Source: Acidimicrobiales bacterium
Lineage (GTDB): Bacteria; Actinomycetota; Acidimicrobiia; Acidimicrobiales; DATDAH01
Direction of reading: 5' to 3'
DNA length: 64,000 nt
Assembly: GCA_041908445.1 (NCBI GenBank)
Contig: JAYRFK010000060.1
Location: forward strand, 14,772-78,771
Below the pieces are notes generated by a model. It was given only the letters and a program-made list of their open reading frames with translations. It searched no databases and was not told the DNA's origin. Positions 9,475 through 18,269 of the stretch are shown in pieces. Both the position numbers and the translations under genes were made by a program. The number at the start of each line of letters is the position of its first letter. Position 1 is the first letter of the stretch.

Positions 9475-10465
9475 CGCGCCAGTAGCTGGACAGGTACGCC
9501 CACGGGACGAGGGCCGACACGGCGACGATCGGCAGCACGTCCCGCGGCCGCACGTCCTTGCGCCACACCAGTGCGCCGATGTTGCCCACCCAGCCCACGG
9601 CGATGCCCAGGAGCCCCAGGCGGGTCAGCCAGGGGCGGCGGGCCAGCACCCCCACGGCGGCCACCGCGGTGCTGCCCACGAACACCGCGGCGGCGTCGTG
9701 GCGGGCGCGGCGGAGGGTGATCGGGCCGACTCGGCGCGTGGCGTTCAGCGCCCGGAAGGCATCAGGGTGCTCGCGGTCCAGCAGGGGATCGAAGTAGTAG
9801 CGGCGGGCGAGCTTCACCGGCGTCCAGAACGACGGGGGCAGGGGCGGGTGCACGACCAGGAGCTCGGGCTCGTAGGCGAACCGCCGCCCCTCGGCCTCGA
9901 GCCGGAAGGCGAGCTCGGCGTCCTCGCGGAAGTGCACCCGGCGCGCCGGGTCGTAGAAGCGCTCGTCGAACCCGCCGGCCGCCCGCAGCACCTCGCTGCG
10001 GAAGATCAGGTTGGCCGCCACCCGCTGCTCCGGCGGCACCGCCTCGGTGGCGTGGGCGAACGGCGTGGCGGGCTCGTCGCCGCCGACGGCCATCCGGCCC
10101 TCGATCACGTCCGGCGGGTCCTCCACCGACACGATCTCGGTCAGCTGCTCGAGCCAGTCCGGCGCCGGGACCACGTCGGCGTCGAGGAAGGCGACCCACG
10201 GGGTGTCGACCAGCGCGAAGCCGGTGTTCCGCGACGCCCCGGGACCGCCGTTGCGGTCGCGGCGCACGACCTCGAGCACGAGGTGCTCGTACGCCCGCTC
10301 CTCGAGCCCCGCGGCGAGGGGCACGTCGTTGGCGTCGTCGACCACGACGACGCGGATGCTCGTGTCGGCCTCCTTCGCCTGCGGCTCGAGCGCGTCGAGG
10401 AGGGGGACGACGATGCCCAGCGAGCCGCGCACGGGGATGACGAGGGTGACGAGGGCCACCTCCAC
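9440..10465 (-). CDS. Glycosyltransferase family 2 (GT-A) with C-terminal TM segments
   Basis: VTLVIPVRGS...VVVVDDANDV...GGPGASRNTGFALVDTPWVAFLDADVVP (DXD) ...RED. Two or three C-terminal hydrophobic helices. GTG start. Confidence 0.75.
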   Translation of the reverse strand: MEVALVTLVIPVRGSLGIVVPLLDALEPQAKEADTSIRVVVVDDANDVPLAAGLEERAYEHLVLEVVRRDRNGGPGASRNTGFALVDTPWVAFLDADVVPAPDWLEQLTEIVSVEDPPDVIEGRMAVGGDEPATPFAHATEAVPPEQRVAANLIFRSEVLRAAGGFDERFYDPARRVHFREDAELAFRLEAEGRRFAYEPELLVVHPPLPPSFWTPVKLARRYYFDPLLDREHPDAFRALNATRRVGPITLRRARHDAAAVFVGSTAVAAVGVLARRPWLTRLGLLGIAVGWVGNIGALVWRKDVRPRDVLPIVAVSALVPWAYLSSYWRGVVHFRHRPRL

Positions 10466-10555
10466 CCATCGGATGCCACCGAGGGGGGTTGAGGGCCGGC
10501 GATGCGCACCCGCCCGGCCTCAACGGTGGCCCTCGGGGGCCGATGGGACGTGGAC

Positions 10556-12106
10556 ATGGCCCGTTCCCTCGCTGACGCGCCCGCGCCCGACGCGGCCACC
10601 ACCCCGGCCCGCCCCGACGGGCCGGCGTCACCCGAGCGCCCGTGGCCGGTGCGCCCCCGCACGGTCGCGGTCCTCGCGACCGTGCTGGCCGGCGCCCTGA
10701 GCCTGTTCCACCTGGGCCACAAGAGCTTCTGGCTCGACGAGGGCTACAGCATCGGGCACGCCCGCATGCCCTGGTCCGAGTTCTGGACGGTGCTCACCCA
10801 GCGCGAGCCCAACGGCGCCCTGCACGCCCTGGTCCTGTTCCCCTGGATCCGGGTCTCCGACGCCGAGTGGTGGCTGCGCCTCCCAAGTGCGCTGGCCCTG
10901 ACCGCGAGCGTGCCCGTGCTCTACCTCCTGGGCAGGCGCCTGTTCGGGGAACGGGTCGGCGCCACCGCGGCACTCCTGCTGGCCGTCAACGGCTTCGCCC
11001 TCCAGTTCGGCCAGGAGGTGCGCGCCTACGCCCTCGTCATGTTCGTCGGCACCCTGAGCACCCTGCTCTTCGTGGCCTTCGTCCAGGACGGCCGCAAGGG
11101 CCAGTGGTGGGCCTGGGTCGCGGTGTCGATCCTGCTCCCCTGGGCCCACCTCTTCGGCTGGCTCGTCCTCGGTGCGCAGGGGACGGCCGCGCTCCTGCGG
11201 GGACGATCGCTCCGCCGGCCCGTCGCCGGCCTCGTCGCCGGGTTCGCGCTCATCGGCGCGCTCGGCGGCATCGTGCTCGTGCTCATCGCGACCGGCGAGA
11301 GCAGCGGGCAGGCCGAGGGCATCCCCGGCGTCACCGTGGTGCGCTTCGTCGGCGTCTACGCCCGGGTCGCCGGCAACGCCGGCATCCCCCTCCTCGCGGT
11401 CTTCATGGCCCTCGGCGCGTACGTGGCCTGGGTCTACGGCCGACCGCTCGTCACCGGGCGCCCGTACCGGCCCACCGAGGCCGAGTGGGGCGTGCTCCTG
11501 CTGGCCGCCTGGCTCGCGCTGCCCACCGTCGCCATCGCGCTGCTCTCGCCCGTCCAGCCGCTCTTCGGGGCGCGCTACTTCATCATCCTCGTCCCCGCCG
11601 CGGCCACCCTCCTGGCCCTCGGCATCCACACGGTCCCGGCGGGCTGGGCGCGGCGGTGCACCGCGGTCGTGGTCGGCGCGCTCGTCGTGGCCGGGGCGGT
11701 CGGCTGGTACGTCCGGCCGCCGGCGGACGACATCCGGGGGGTCGCCCGCACCGTCGCCGCCGACGCCCGCACCGGCGACGCCATCGTGTTCCTCCCGTGG
11801 TTCGAGCAGCTCCCGTTCGACGCCTACGCCCTCCGCGACGCCCGCATCGACGACGACGTCCGGCCCCTGTGGCCCGACGCTCGGTGGGGGCACTTCGTGC
11901 CGGACCACCCGGACCACCCGACCAAGGCCGAGGTCGACGAGGCGGTCACCGGCACCGACCGGCTCTGGCTCGTCGTGCGCGACGACCGGGGCGAGGACGA
12001 CCAGCGCGACGTGGACGCCTACGTCGAGCGCCTGACGCGGGACCACGTCGAGGTGCGCCACGTCGACCTCGACGGGGTCGACGTGTACCTGTACGAGCGG
12101 GGCTGA
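10556..12106 (+). CDS. GT-C fold glycosyltransferase, ArnT/PMT_2-like (paralog 1)
   Basis: First-loop acidic motif SFWLDEGYS, then RLPSALALTASVPVLYLLGRRLF, at least 10 TM segments, and a soluble C-terminal domain of about 120 aa. Start ATG 10556 preferred over 10502. Confidence 0.75.
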   Translation: MARSLADAPAPDAATTPARPDGPASPERPWPVRPRTVAVLATVLAGALSLFHLGHKSFWLDEGYSIGHARMPWSEFWTVLTQREPNGALHALVLFPWIRVSDAEWWLRLPSALALTASVPVLYLLGRRLFGERVGATAALLLAVNGFALQFGQEVRAYALVMFVGTLSTLLFVAFVQDGRKGQWWAWVAVSILLPWAHLFGWLVLGAQGTAALLRGRSLRRPVAGLVAGFALIGALGGIVLVLIATGESSGQAEGIPGVTVVRFVGVYARVAGNAGIPLLAVFMALGAYVAWVYGRPLVTGRPYRPTEAEWGVLLLAAWLALPTVAIALLSPVQPLFGARYFIILVPAAATLLALGIHTVPAGWARRCTAVVVGALVVAGAVGWYVRPPADDIRGVARTVAADARTGDAIVFLPWFEQLPFDAYALRDARIDDDVRPLWPDARWGHFVPDHPDHPTKAEVDEAVTGTDRLWLVVRDDRGEDDQRDVDAYVERLTRDHVEVRHVDLDGVDVYLYERG

Positions 12107-12108
12107 CG

Positions 12109-13644
12109 GTGGACGTCCTGCACGCTCCGGCCGGCCCGACGACCGCGGACGCACCGGCGGGTGCCGTCGAGGAGGAGGTGACGGTTCCCCGCGCCCGCCT
12201 GCTCGTGGCCGTCGCGAGCGCGGTCGCCTTCGTGCTCGGCGTGGTCGAGCTCGGCACCGACAGCTTCTGGGTCGATGACGGCTTCACCCTGACCCACGCC
12301 CGCCTCGCCAACGCGGACTTCTTCCGTGTGATCGTCGACCACGAGATGAACGGCGCCCTGTTCACGACGCTGATGCACGGCTGGGTGCAGATCGGGCAGG
12401 GCGAGACCTGGATGCGCCTCCCGTCGGTCCTGTTCGCCACCGCCGTCGTCCCGGTCACGTACCTGCTGGCCCGCCGGCTGTTCGACCAGCGCGTCGGCGT
12501 CACCGCGGCGTTCCTCGTCGCCGTCAACGCCTTCGTGGTCGAGTACGCGCACGAGGCCCGCACCTACGCCATGACCCTGCTCCTCGCCACGAGCAGCGTC
12601 CTGTTGCTGGTCCGCTACCTGCAGGGACCGAGCCGCGGGCGGTGGGCGGCGTGGGCCGGCATCACGGCCCTGCTCCCGCTCGCCCACTTCTTCGGCCTGC
12701 TCGTGGTCGGCGCCGAGGTCGTGGCCGTCGTGCTCCGCGGCCGCCTGCCGACGCCACGCAAGGCGCTGGTCGGTGGCCTCGCGGTCGTGGGCCTCGCCAC
12801 CCTGCCGATCGTGTGGTTCCTCGCCGCCGGCGGGGACAAGGGCCAGGTCGACGGCGCGCCTGCGCTGACCCCCGTGCGCTTCGTGGGCACGTTCGTCCGC
12901 CTGGTCGGCAACGGGGGCCCGGTGCTGCTGCTCCTCGCCGTTGCCGCCATCGGCGCCGCCCTCTGGGACGCCGCCCGGCGCCACCGGGCCGCCGGCGGCC
13001 TCGACGAGCGGACCTGGGGCACCGTCCTGCTCGTGTCGTGGGTCGCCGTGCCGATCGCGACCATGGCCGTGGTCTCGGCGGTCAAGCCGCTCTTCGGCGC
13101 CCGCTACTTCCTGCTCGTCGCCCCCGGCTTGATCGTGCTGGTGGCGGCGGGCGTGTGGGCCCTCCCGTGGCGCCGGGCGGGGGTCGTCCTGCTCGGCCTC
13201 ATCGTCGCCGTGTCGCTGGTGGCGACGGCGTTCTTCTATCCACGCGACGCCCACGACGACTTCCGGGCCACCACCGCCTACGTCCTCGACCACGCCGCGG
13301 CCGGCGACGCCATCGTCTTCCAACCCTGGTTCACCCGGACCACCTTCGAGGTCTACGCCGGCCGGTCACCAGAGCGCCGGGACCAGCTCATCCCGCTCGA
13401 CCCCGATCCGGCCTGGGGTGACTGGCTCCTGATCGACCAGCCGCCCGAGCTCACGCCCGAGCGCGCCGAGGCGCTGCTCGAGGGCCACGACCGCATCTGG
13501 GTGCTCGAGCGGGCCGGCACCGAGGACGCTCCCCAGGCGAGCGACGCCGCGACCATGACCGACGCCCTCGTCGCCAACGGGTACACCGCGATCGACGAGC
13601 GCTCCTTCCCCGGCCTCGACGTCACCCTCTACCAGGGCGGCTGA
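12109..13644 (+). CDS. GT-C fold glycosyltransferase, ArnT/PMT_2-like (paralog 2)
   Basis: Colinear with paralog 1 (SFWVDDGFT, RLPSVLFATAVVPVTYLLARRLF, KPLFGARYFLLVAP versus QPLFGARYFIILVP). GTG 12109 lies 2 nt after the paralog 1 stop. The upstream part of the 1000-aa ORF is off-frame junk. Confidence 0.75.
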   Translation: MDVLHAPAGPTTADAPAGAVEEEVTVPRARLLVAVASAVAFVLGVVELGTDSFWVDDGFTLTHARLANADFFRVIVDHEMNGALFTTLMHGWVQIGQGETWMRLPSVLFATAVVPVTYLLARRLFDQRVGVTAAFLVAVNAFVVEYAHEARTYAMTLLLATSSVLLLVRYLQGPSRGRWAAWAGITALLPLAHFFGLLVVGAEVVAVVLRGRLPTPRKALVGGLAVVGLATLPIVWFLAAGGDKGQVDGAPALTPVRFVGTFVRLVGNGGPVLLLLAVAAIGAALWDAARRHRAAGGLDERTWGTVLLVSWVAVPIATMAVVSAVKPLFGARYFLLVAPGLIVLVAAGVWALPWRRAGVVLLGLIVAVSLVATAFFYPRDAHDDFRATTAYVLDHAAAGDAIVFQPWFTRTTFEVYAGRSPERRDQLIPLDPDPAWGDWLLIDQPPELTPERAEALLEGHDRIWVLERAGTEDAPQASDAATMTDALVANGYTAIDERSFPGLDVTLYQGG

Positions 13645-13662
13645 GACCGACCCGGTCGGCCC

Positions 13663-14808
13663 TCAGGGGGCCGGCGCCACGAGGTCGGCGACGACCGAGG
13701 CCACGGTCGGGGCGAACACGCCCCAGTCGTAGCGCTGCTCGACCAGGGCCCGCGCCGCCTTGGACAGCCGCTCGGCCAGGTCGTCGTCGATGAGCACGCG
13801 GACCGCCTGGGCGGCCAGGTCCGCCGCCGACTCGCCGAGGAGCAGGTGCTCGCCGTCGACCGCGTCGATGCCGGCGGCGCCGAGTGGGGTCGAAACCACC
13901 GGCGTGCCGGCGGCCATGGCCTCGAGGATCTTCAGGCGCGTGCCGCTCCCCGCCCGCAGCGGGACCACGAGGGCTCGCGCGTGGTGCAGGCACGGGAGCA
14001 CGTCGTCGACCGCGCCCGACACGGCGACGCCGGCGCCCGCCAGGGCCCGGACCGCGTCGGTGGGGTTGCGGCCGACCAGCCCGACCGTGACGTCGGGGAC
14101 GGCCTCGCGCACCCTGGGCAGCACGTCGGTGACCAGCTCGACCGCGGCGGCCTCGTTGGGGCGGTAGCCGTACTGGCCCACGTAGAGCAGCTCACGGTGC
14201 TCACCGGGTGGGGCGTAGGCCACGGCGTCGGTGTCGACCCCGTTGGGCACGACCTCGACGCGGGTGACCCCCCAGCTGCGGAACACGTCGGCGTCGGCGT
14301 CGCTGGTGGCGAGCACGGCGGCCGAGGCGCGGACGGCACCACGCTCGACGCGGCCCATCTTGGCCGCCTCCCAGCGCCAGCGGAGGCGGTGGAGGAGGCG
14401 CTCGTCGGTCCGGGCGAGGGTGGCCATGATGTCCGTCTCGACGTTGTGGGCGTCCAGCACGACGGGGGCACCCGCCGCACCGACCAGGTCCACGAAGAAC
14501 GGTGACGACGCCACGACCAGGTCCCACGCGCCGTCACGGGCCAGCTCGGTGAGCCCGGGTGAGTCGAGCAGGGCGGCGAGGTAGGGCCGCCGCCACGAGC
14601 GCACCAGGGCCCGCCGGCGCGAGAAGTCGTGCTCGACGCCGACCAGCCGGAACGGCTCGTCGTGGTCGACCGGCGCCTCCCCCAGCGCCGCCACCGTCAC
14701 GTCGCCGACGCGGGCGAGCAGCCGGGCCAGGTGCAGGACCCGCAACCGGTAGCCGCCGTGGGGCGGCACCGGCGACTCGTACGAGCAGACCAGGATGCGG
14801 GGCGCCAA
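13663..14808 (-). CDS. Glycosyltransferase, GT-B fold, family 4-like
   Basis: RILVCSYESP...GGY start typical of GT4, and C-terminal VVPLRAGSGTRLKILEAMAAGTPVVSTPLGAAG. Proposed TTG start at 14808, 5 nt after the upstream stop. The start is the least certain part. Confidence 0.7.
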   Translation of the reverse strand: MAPRILVCSYESPVPPHGGYRLRVLHLARLLARVGDVTVAALGEAPVDHDEPFRLVGVEHDFSRRRALVRSWRRPYLAALLDSPGLTELARDGAWDLVVASSPFFVDLVGAAGAPVVLDAHNVETDIMATLARTDERLLHRLRWRWEAAKMGRVERGAVRASAAVLATSDADADVFRSWGVTRVEVVPNGVDTDAVAYAPPGEHRELLYVGQYGYRPNEAAAVELVTDVLPRVREAVPDVTVGLVGRNPTDAVRALAGAGVAVSGAVDDVLPCLHHARALVVPLRAGSGTRLKILEAMAAGTPVVSTPLGAAGIDAVDGEHLLLGESAADLAAQAVRVLIDDDLAERLSKAARALVEQRYDWGVFAPTVASVVADLVAPAP

Positions 14809-14813
14809 CGGAG

Positions 14814-15902
14814 CTACCAGCCCCGGGAGCGCTGCTGCTCCTTGTAGGTGGCGGTGCTCAGGTGGAACAGCTCCTCGAAGTAGCGCTTCTGCTGGAACGA
14901 CATGATGCCCAGCGTGAGGAGCTGCACGGCGATGACGAGGGTGAAGCCGCTCACGAAGTAGGCGTGGGGACGCTCGTCGAAGGTGTTGGCGAAGGCCGCG
15001 GACATCCGGGGCTCGAAGCTGCCGGCCAGGCTCGAGTACTCGTGGAGGATGTTGTAGCTGAGCCAGCCGAGGTTGTAGAGGGCGAAGGCGAGGATGAGCA
15101 GGCCGGGGATGATGAAGAAGGCCACGGGCCGGAACATGAACCCCGAGAAGGCGTAGCCCGAGGTGCTCTTGCCGATCTGGAGCTTCGACTCCCGCTCGGG
15201 CATCGACGACTGGCCGGTCCAGTCGAGGTGGGCGGGCACCTCCACGACCCGGGCGTTCAGCAGCTGGGCCTTGTAGATGATCTCGGTGTTGATGTCGGTG
15301 CCCATCGAGCGCAGGCTCAGGCTCGACAGGAAGGGCCGGTCGTAGGCCCGCACCATGCCGGTGAGGGTCGAGAGGTTGCCGCCCGACGACGCCGACAGGA
15401 ACCGGTTGGCGCCCTTGCTCAGGAACCGCCGGCCGAACGGGATGCCCGTCGTCTGGCCGCCCTTCATGTACGGCGAGGCGACGGCGATCTTGGCGTGGTC
15501 CTCGCGGAGGCGGGACAGCAGCAGGCCGATGTGCTCGGGGGCGTAGCTGAGGTCGCAGTCGATGGTGACGACGTAGTCGCCCCGGCACGTGTTGAACGCG
15601 AAGCGCAGGGCCTGGCCCAGGCGGAAGTTCACCGCGTGGTGCAGCACCCGGACCTCGGGGCGGGTCGAGGCGAAGGCCTCGGCGATGGCACCGGTCTCGT
15701 CGGAGCTGCCGTCGTTGACGACGACGAGCTCCCAGTCGTACTCGTCGCTCAGGGCCTGCAGGTAGGCGTAGAGCTGGGTGAGCGACTCCATGAGGATGAG
15801 GGCCTCGTTGTAGGCCGGCACCACCACGGAGACGAAGGGCCGCTTCCCCTCGGGGCGCGGCTCGTCGAGGTCGGGGTCGACGGCATGGTCGAGGGCGGTC
15901 AC
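14814..15902 (-). CDS. GT2 polyprenyl-phosphate glycosyltransferase (ArnC / GtrB / DPM1-like) with C-terminal TM hairpin
   Basis: VSVVVPAYNEALIL...ELVVVNDGSSDETG...YVVTIDCDLSY (DXD)...RAYDR, followed by two hydrophobic helices (FRPVAFFIIPGLLILAFALY, YFVSGFTLVIAVQLLTLGIMSF). This layout is typical of lipid-phosphate sugar synthases. Confidence 0.8.
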   Translation of the reverse strand: MTALDHAVDPDLDEPRPEGKRPFVSVVVPAYNEALILMESLTQLYAYLQALSDEYDWELVVVNDGSSDETGAIAEAFASTRPEVRVLHHAVNFRLGQALRFAFNTCRGDYVVTIDCDLSYAPEHIGLLLSRLREDHAKIAVASPYMKGGQTTGIPFGRRFLSKGANRFLSASSGGNLSTLTGMVRAYDRPFLSSLSLRSMGTDINTEIIYKAQLLNARVVEVPAHLDWTGQSSMPERESKLQIGKSTSGYAFSGFMFRPVAFFIIPGLLILAFALYNLGWLSYNILHEYSSLAGSFEPRMSAAFANTFDERPHAYFVSGFTLVIAVQLLTLGIMSFQQKRYFEELFHLSTATYKEQQRSRGW

Positions 15903-15912
15903 CGGTCCGACC

Positions 15913-16917
15913 TCACGCCGCCGGGGCCGTCTCGGTGGCGAAGCGCGGCGTGACGACGTCCAGGCCGCCGCGCCGCTCGATGTCGTCCACGTGGTCCCGC
16001 ATCGTCACCACCTCGAACTGCTCGCGGAGCTGGTCGACGAACTGCCCGACCAGCTCGGTCTTGGCCTCGCCGGCCATCCCCATCGCGGGGAAGAAGGCCA
16101 GCTCCGCCACGTCGTCGGCGCCGAGGAAGTCCAGCGGGTGCAGGAGGATCGACGGCTCCACCTTCCGGAGTCGGCACAGGCGCAGGGCAGTTGAGAAGTA
16201 GGCCCGGGCCAGCGCCGGGCGCACGCCCGCCAGGTAGAGCAGGTAGCTGACGTGGATGGGCACCCGCCCCATCGGCAGGGTGGTCACCGGCAGCTCCGTG
16301 AGCATCCCGTCGGCGACCCGCCACCGGTACGGCCGGATCGAGCGCAGGCCGTCGCTCCAGGTGCCGAACAGCTCGGAGCGCTCGGCCATCTGCTCCTCGG
16401 TGAGCTTGGACGCCCGGAAGTAGTAGGCCCGGGCGAGGGGGCCGATCACCGTCGGCAGGGTCGAGGCGTCGTAGCGGTAGCCCCGCTCCACGAGCACCTC
16501 GAGGGTGCTCGTGGAGAGGCTGTAGCCGGGCCCGCGGAACCCGATGGTCCGCTCCCCCGTCGCCTCGGCGATGGCGTCCTCGGCGCGGGCGAGCTCGTCG
16601 ACGAGCTCGTCGCGCTCGTAGAGGTGCAGCCACGGCTCGTGGCGGAACGAGTGGTTCCCGATCTCGTGGCCGGCGGCCGACAGCGAGGCCAGCGCCTCGC
16701 GGTTCTCGGGGAGGGACGCGTCCTTGCCCACCACGAAGAACGTGATGGTCAGGTCGCGGGCGGCGAGGAAGTCGAGCACCCGGGGGGCGAGCACGTCGAG
16801 GTAGGAGCCGTAGCGGTCCCACCCGGCGTCGCCGTGGGTCTTCTGGTACGACCAGAGGTTGTCGGCGTCCAGCGAGAGGCTGGCGATCGGCTTCCCCGAG
16901 CGGTGGGGGGTGGTCAT
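15913..16917 (-). CDS. Polysaccharide deacetylase family (CE4/NodB-like), no signal peptide
   Basis: SLDADN (Asp motif), TFFVVG, GHEIGNHSFRH (His-His metal motif), GFRGPGYS. The N-terminus has no signal or TM segment. ATGA overlap with the upstream gene. Confidence 0.8.
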   Translation of the reverse strand: MTTPHRSGKPIASLSLDADNLWSYQKTHGDAGWDRYGSYLDVLAPRVLDFLAARDLTITFFVVGKDASLPENREALASLSAAGHEIGNHSFRHEPWLHLYERDELVDELARAEDAIAEATGERTIGFRGPGYSLSTSTLEVLVERGYRYDASTLPTVIGPLARAYYFRASKLTEEQMAERSELFGTWSDGLRSIRPYRWRVADGMLTELPVTTLPMGRVPIHVSYLLYLAGVRPALARAYFSTALRLCRLRKVEPSILLHPLDFLGADDVAELAFFPAMGMAGEAKTELVGQFVDQLREQFEVVTMRDHVDDIERRGGLDVVTPRFATETAPAA

Positions 16918-18269
16918 GCGGGCACCGCCTCCGTGCGGGATCCCTCGGCGTCGGCGATCAGCGCCGCGGCCTCGTCGGCGAGGCCGAGGGTGTCGTCGAC
17001 GTTGAGGGTGGCGTGCACCAGGTCGGCCGAGCCCACCAGGTAGAGGCCGGGGACCGACGTGACGATCGGCGGCACCCGGTCGGAGTAGTCGATGGTGGGC
17101 ACGGCGAACACGAGGCGGGCCCGTGACACCCGGCGGGCCACGACGTCGTCGTCGCCCAGGGCGGGGTGCATCCGCTGCAGGTACGGCCAGAAGGCGTCGT
17201 GCACCTCGTCGTCGGTGGCGTCGAGGAGCGGGTCGTCGGGCGCCACGTACTTCGGCAGGTACACCAACGTGTGACCGCCGACCTCGGCCGGGTCGATGAG
17301 CGAGGTCATCTCGACCACGGCCGTGAACGGGGTGCCCGGGTCGGTGATGTTGGTCAGGTAGTACGGCGCCAGCGGTCGGCGCAGCACGAGCGACTCGCAG
17401 ACGATCCCCTGGTAGGTGACGCCGTCGAGGCGGCCGCGCTCGTCGTCGTCCAGGTCGGGGCAGAGGCGCGACGCCAGCGGTGCCGCCGTGGTGACCACGA
17501 CCCGGTCCACCGTCTCGTCACCCGTCGGCGTGGCGAGCACGAAGCCGTCGCCGTCGCGGCGGATCGACCCGACCGGGCAGCCGGTGCGGAGCTCGACGCC
17601 CTCGGCGCGGAGGTGGGCGGCGAAGGCGTCGATGGTGCGGGCGTACCCGCCGTGGACGTAGCCGAACAGCTCCTTCTTCAGGCCGCTGCGGCGCGCCGCG
17701 TAGAGGCGCTGGATGGTGGCCCAGATGAACGCCGCCGACGCCTCCCGGTGGCTGTCGCCCAGCTTGGCCCGCAGCAGGGGCAGCCAGAAGCGCTCGAACG
17801 TGCGCCCACCCGACCAGCGCCGCAGCCAGTCGTCCACCCCGATGCGCTCCATGCGCCGGCCGTCGCGGATGCGCGAGCCGTAGAGGATGGTGCCGCCGAG
17901 GCGGACCTTGTCGACCAGGCCGAGCGGCGGGAAGCGCAGGAACTCGATCGCGTTCGAGACCGAGTAGAGCTCGCCGTCGGCGTAGCAGCCGGTCCGGGTC
18001 TCGACCCACCGGACCTCGTCCTCGAGACCGAGGTCGGTGAGCAGGCCGCGGGTGCGCAGATCGGACAGGAGGGTCACGTGGTAGTAGCGGTCCCAGGTGA
18101 TGCGCTCGCCGCCGGGAAGGTCGATGGACCAGGCCGAGGCGAGGCCCCCGAGGTCGTCGGCGCCCTCGTAGAGGGTGACGGCGTGGCCCTCGGCGCGCAG
18201 GCGCCGGGCCACCGAGAGGCCGAGGACGCCGCCGCCCACCACCGCCCACCGCTGGACGGTGTCGCTCAC
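16914..18269 (-). CDS. FAD/NAD(P)-binding oxidoreductase (amine-oxidase / phytoene-desaturase-like Rossmann family)
   Basis: N-terminal dinucleotide fold WAVVGGGVLGLSVARRLRAEGHAVTLYEGADDLGGLA. GTG start at 18269 overlaps the upstream stop (GTGA). Confidence 0.7.
   Translation of the reverse strand: MSDTVQRWAVVGGGVLGLSVARRLRAEGHAVTLYEGADDLGGLASAWSIDLPGGERITWDRYYHVTLLSDLRTRGLLTDLGLEDEVRWVETRTGCYADGELYSVSNAIEFLRFPPLGLVDKVRLGGTILYGSRIRDGRRMERIGVDDWLRRWSGGRTFERFWLPLLRAKLGDSHREASAAFIWATIQRLYAARRSGLKKELFGYVHGGYARTIDAFAAHLRAEGVELRTGCPVGSIRRDGDGFVLATPTGDETVDRVVVTTAAPLASRLCPDLDDDERGRLDGVTYQGIVCESLVLRRPLAPYYLTNITDPGTPFTAVVEMTSLIDPAEVGGHTLVYLPKYVAPDDPLLDATDDEVHDAFWPYLQRMHPALGDDDVVARRVSRARLVFAVPTIDYSDRVPPIVTSVPGLYLVGSADLVHATLNVDDTLGLADEAAALIADAEGSRTEAVPA

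Noticed and set aside
3445-9720. Very long shadow ORFs: 3445..5004 minus, 3585..5030 part of the 983-aa ORF, 4980..6194 minus, 5168..8032 plus (954 aa), 6600..7709 minus, 7624..9720 plus (698 aa)
   Set aside because: All overlap better-supported genes in other frames or strands and translate to Arg/Pro/Gly/His-rich strings without domains.
10628-13323. Antisense ORFs 10628..12154 and 12019..13323, and the first 489 codons of ORF 10642..13644
   Set aside because: They have shadow-frame composition. The GT-C paralogs on the plus strand have coherent TM topology and mutual similarity, which chance ORFs would not show.
13645-13662. Short GC palindrome between the convergent GT-C and GT4 stops considered as a terminator
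   Set aside because: The arms CCGACC and GGTCGG are separated by a single nucleotide, so no viable loop can form. The 18-nt spacer is too short to call anything.
14809-15588. N-terminal 260 codons of ORF 13663..15588
   Set aside because: This part overlaps the ArnC-like GT2 gene out of frame. GT4-like sequence starts only at RILVCSYE, just after the GT2 stop.
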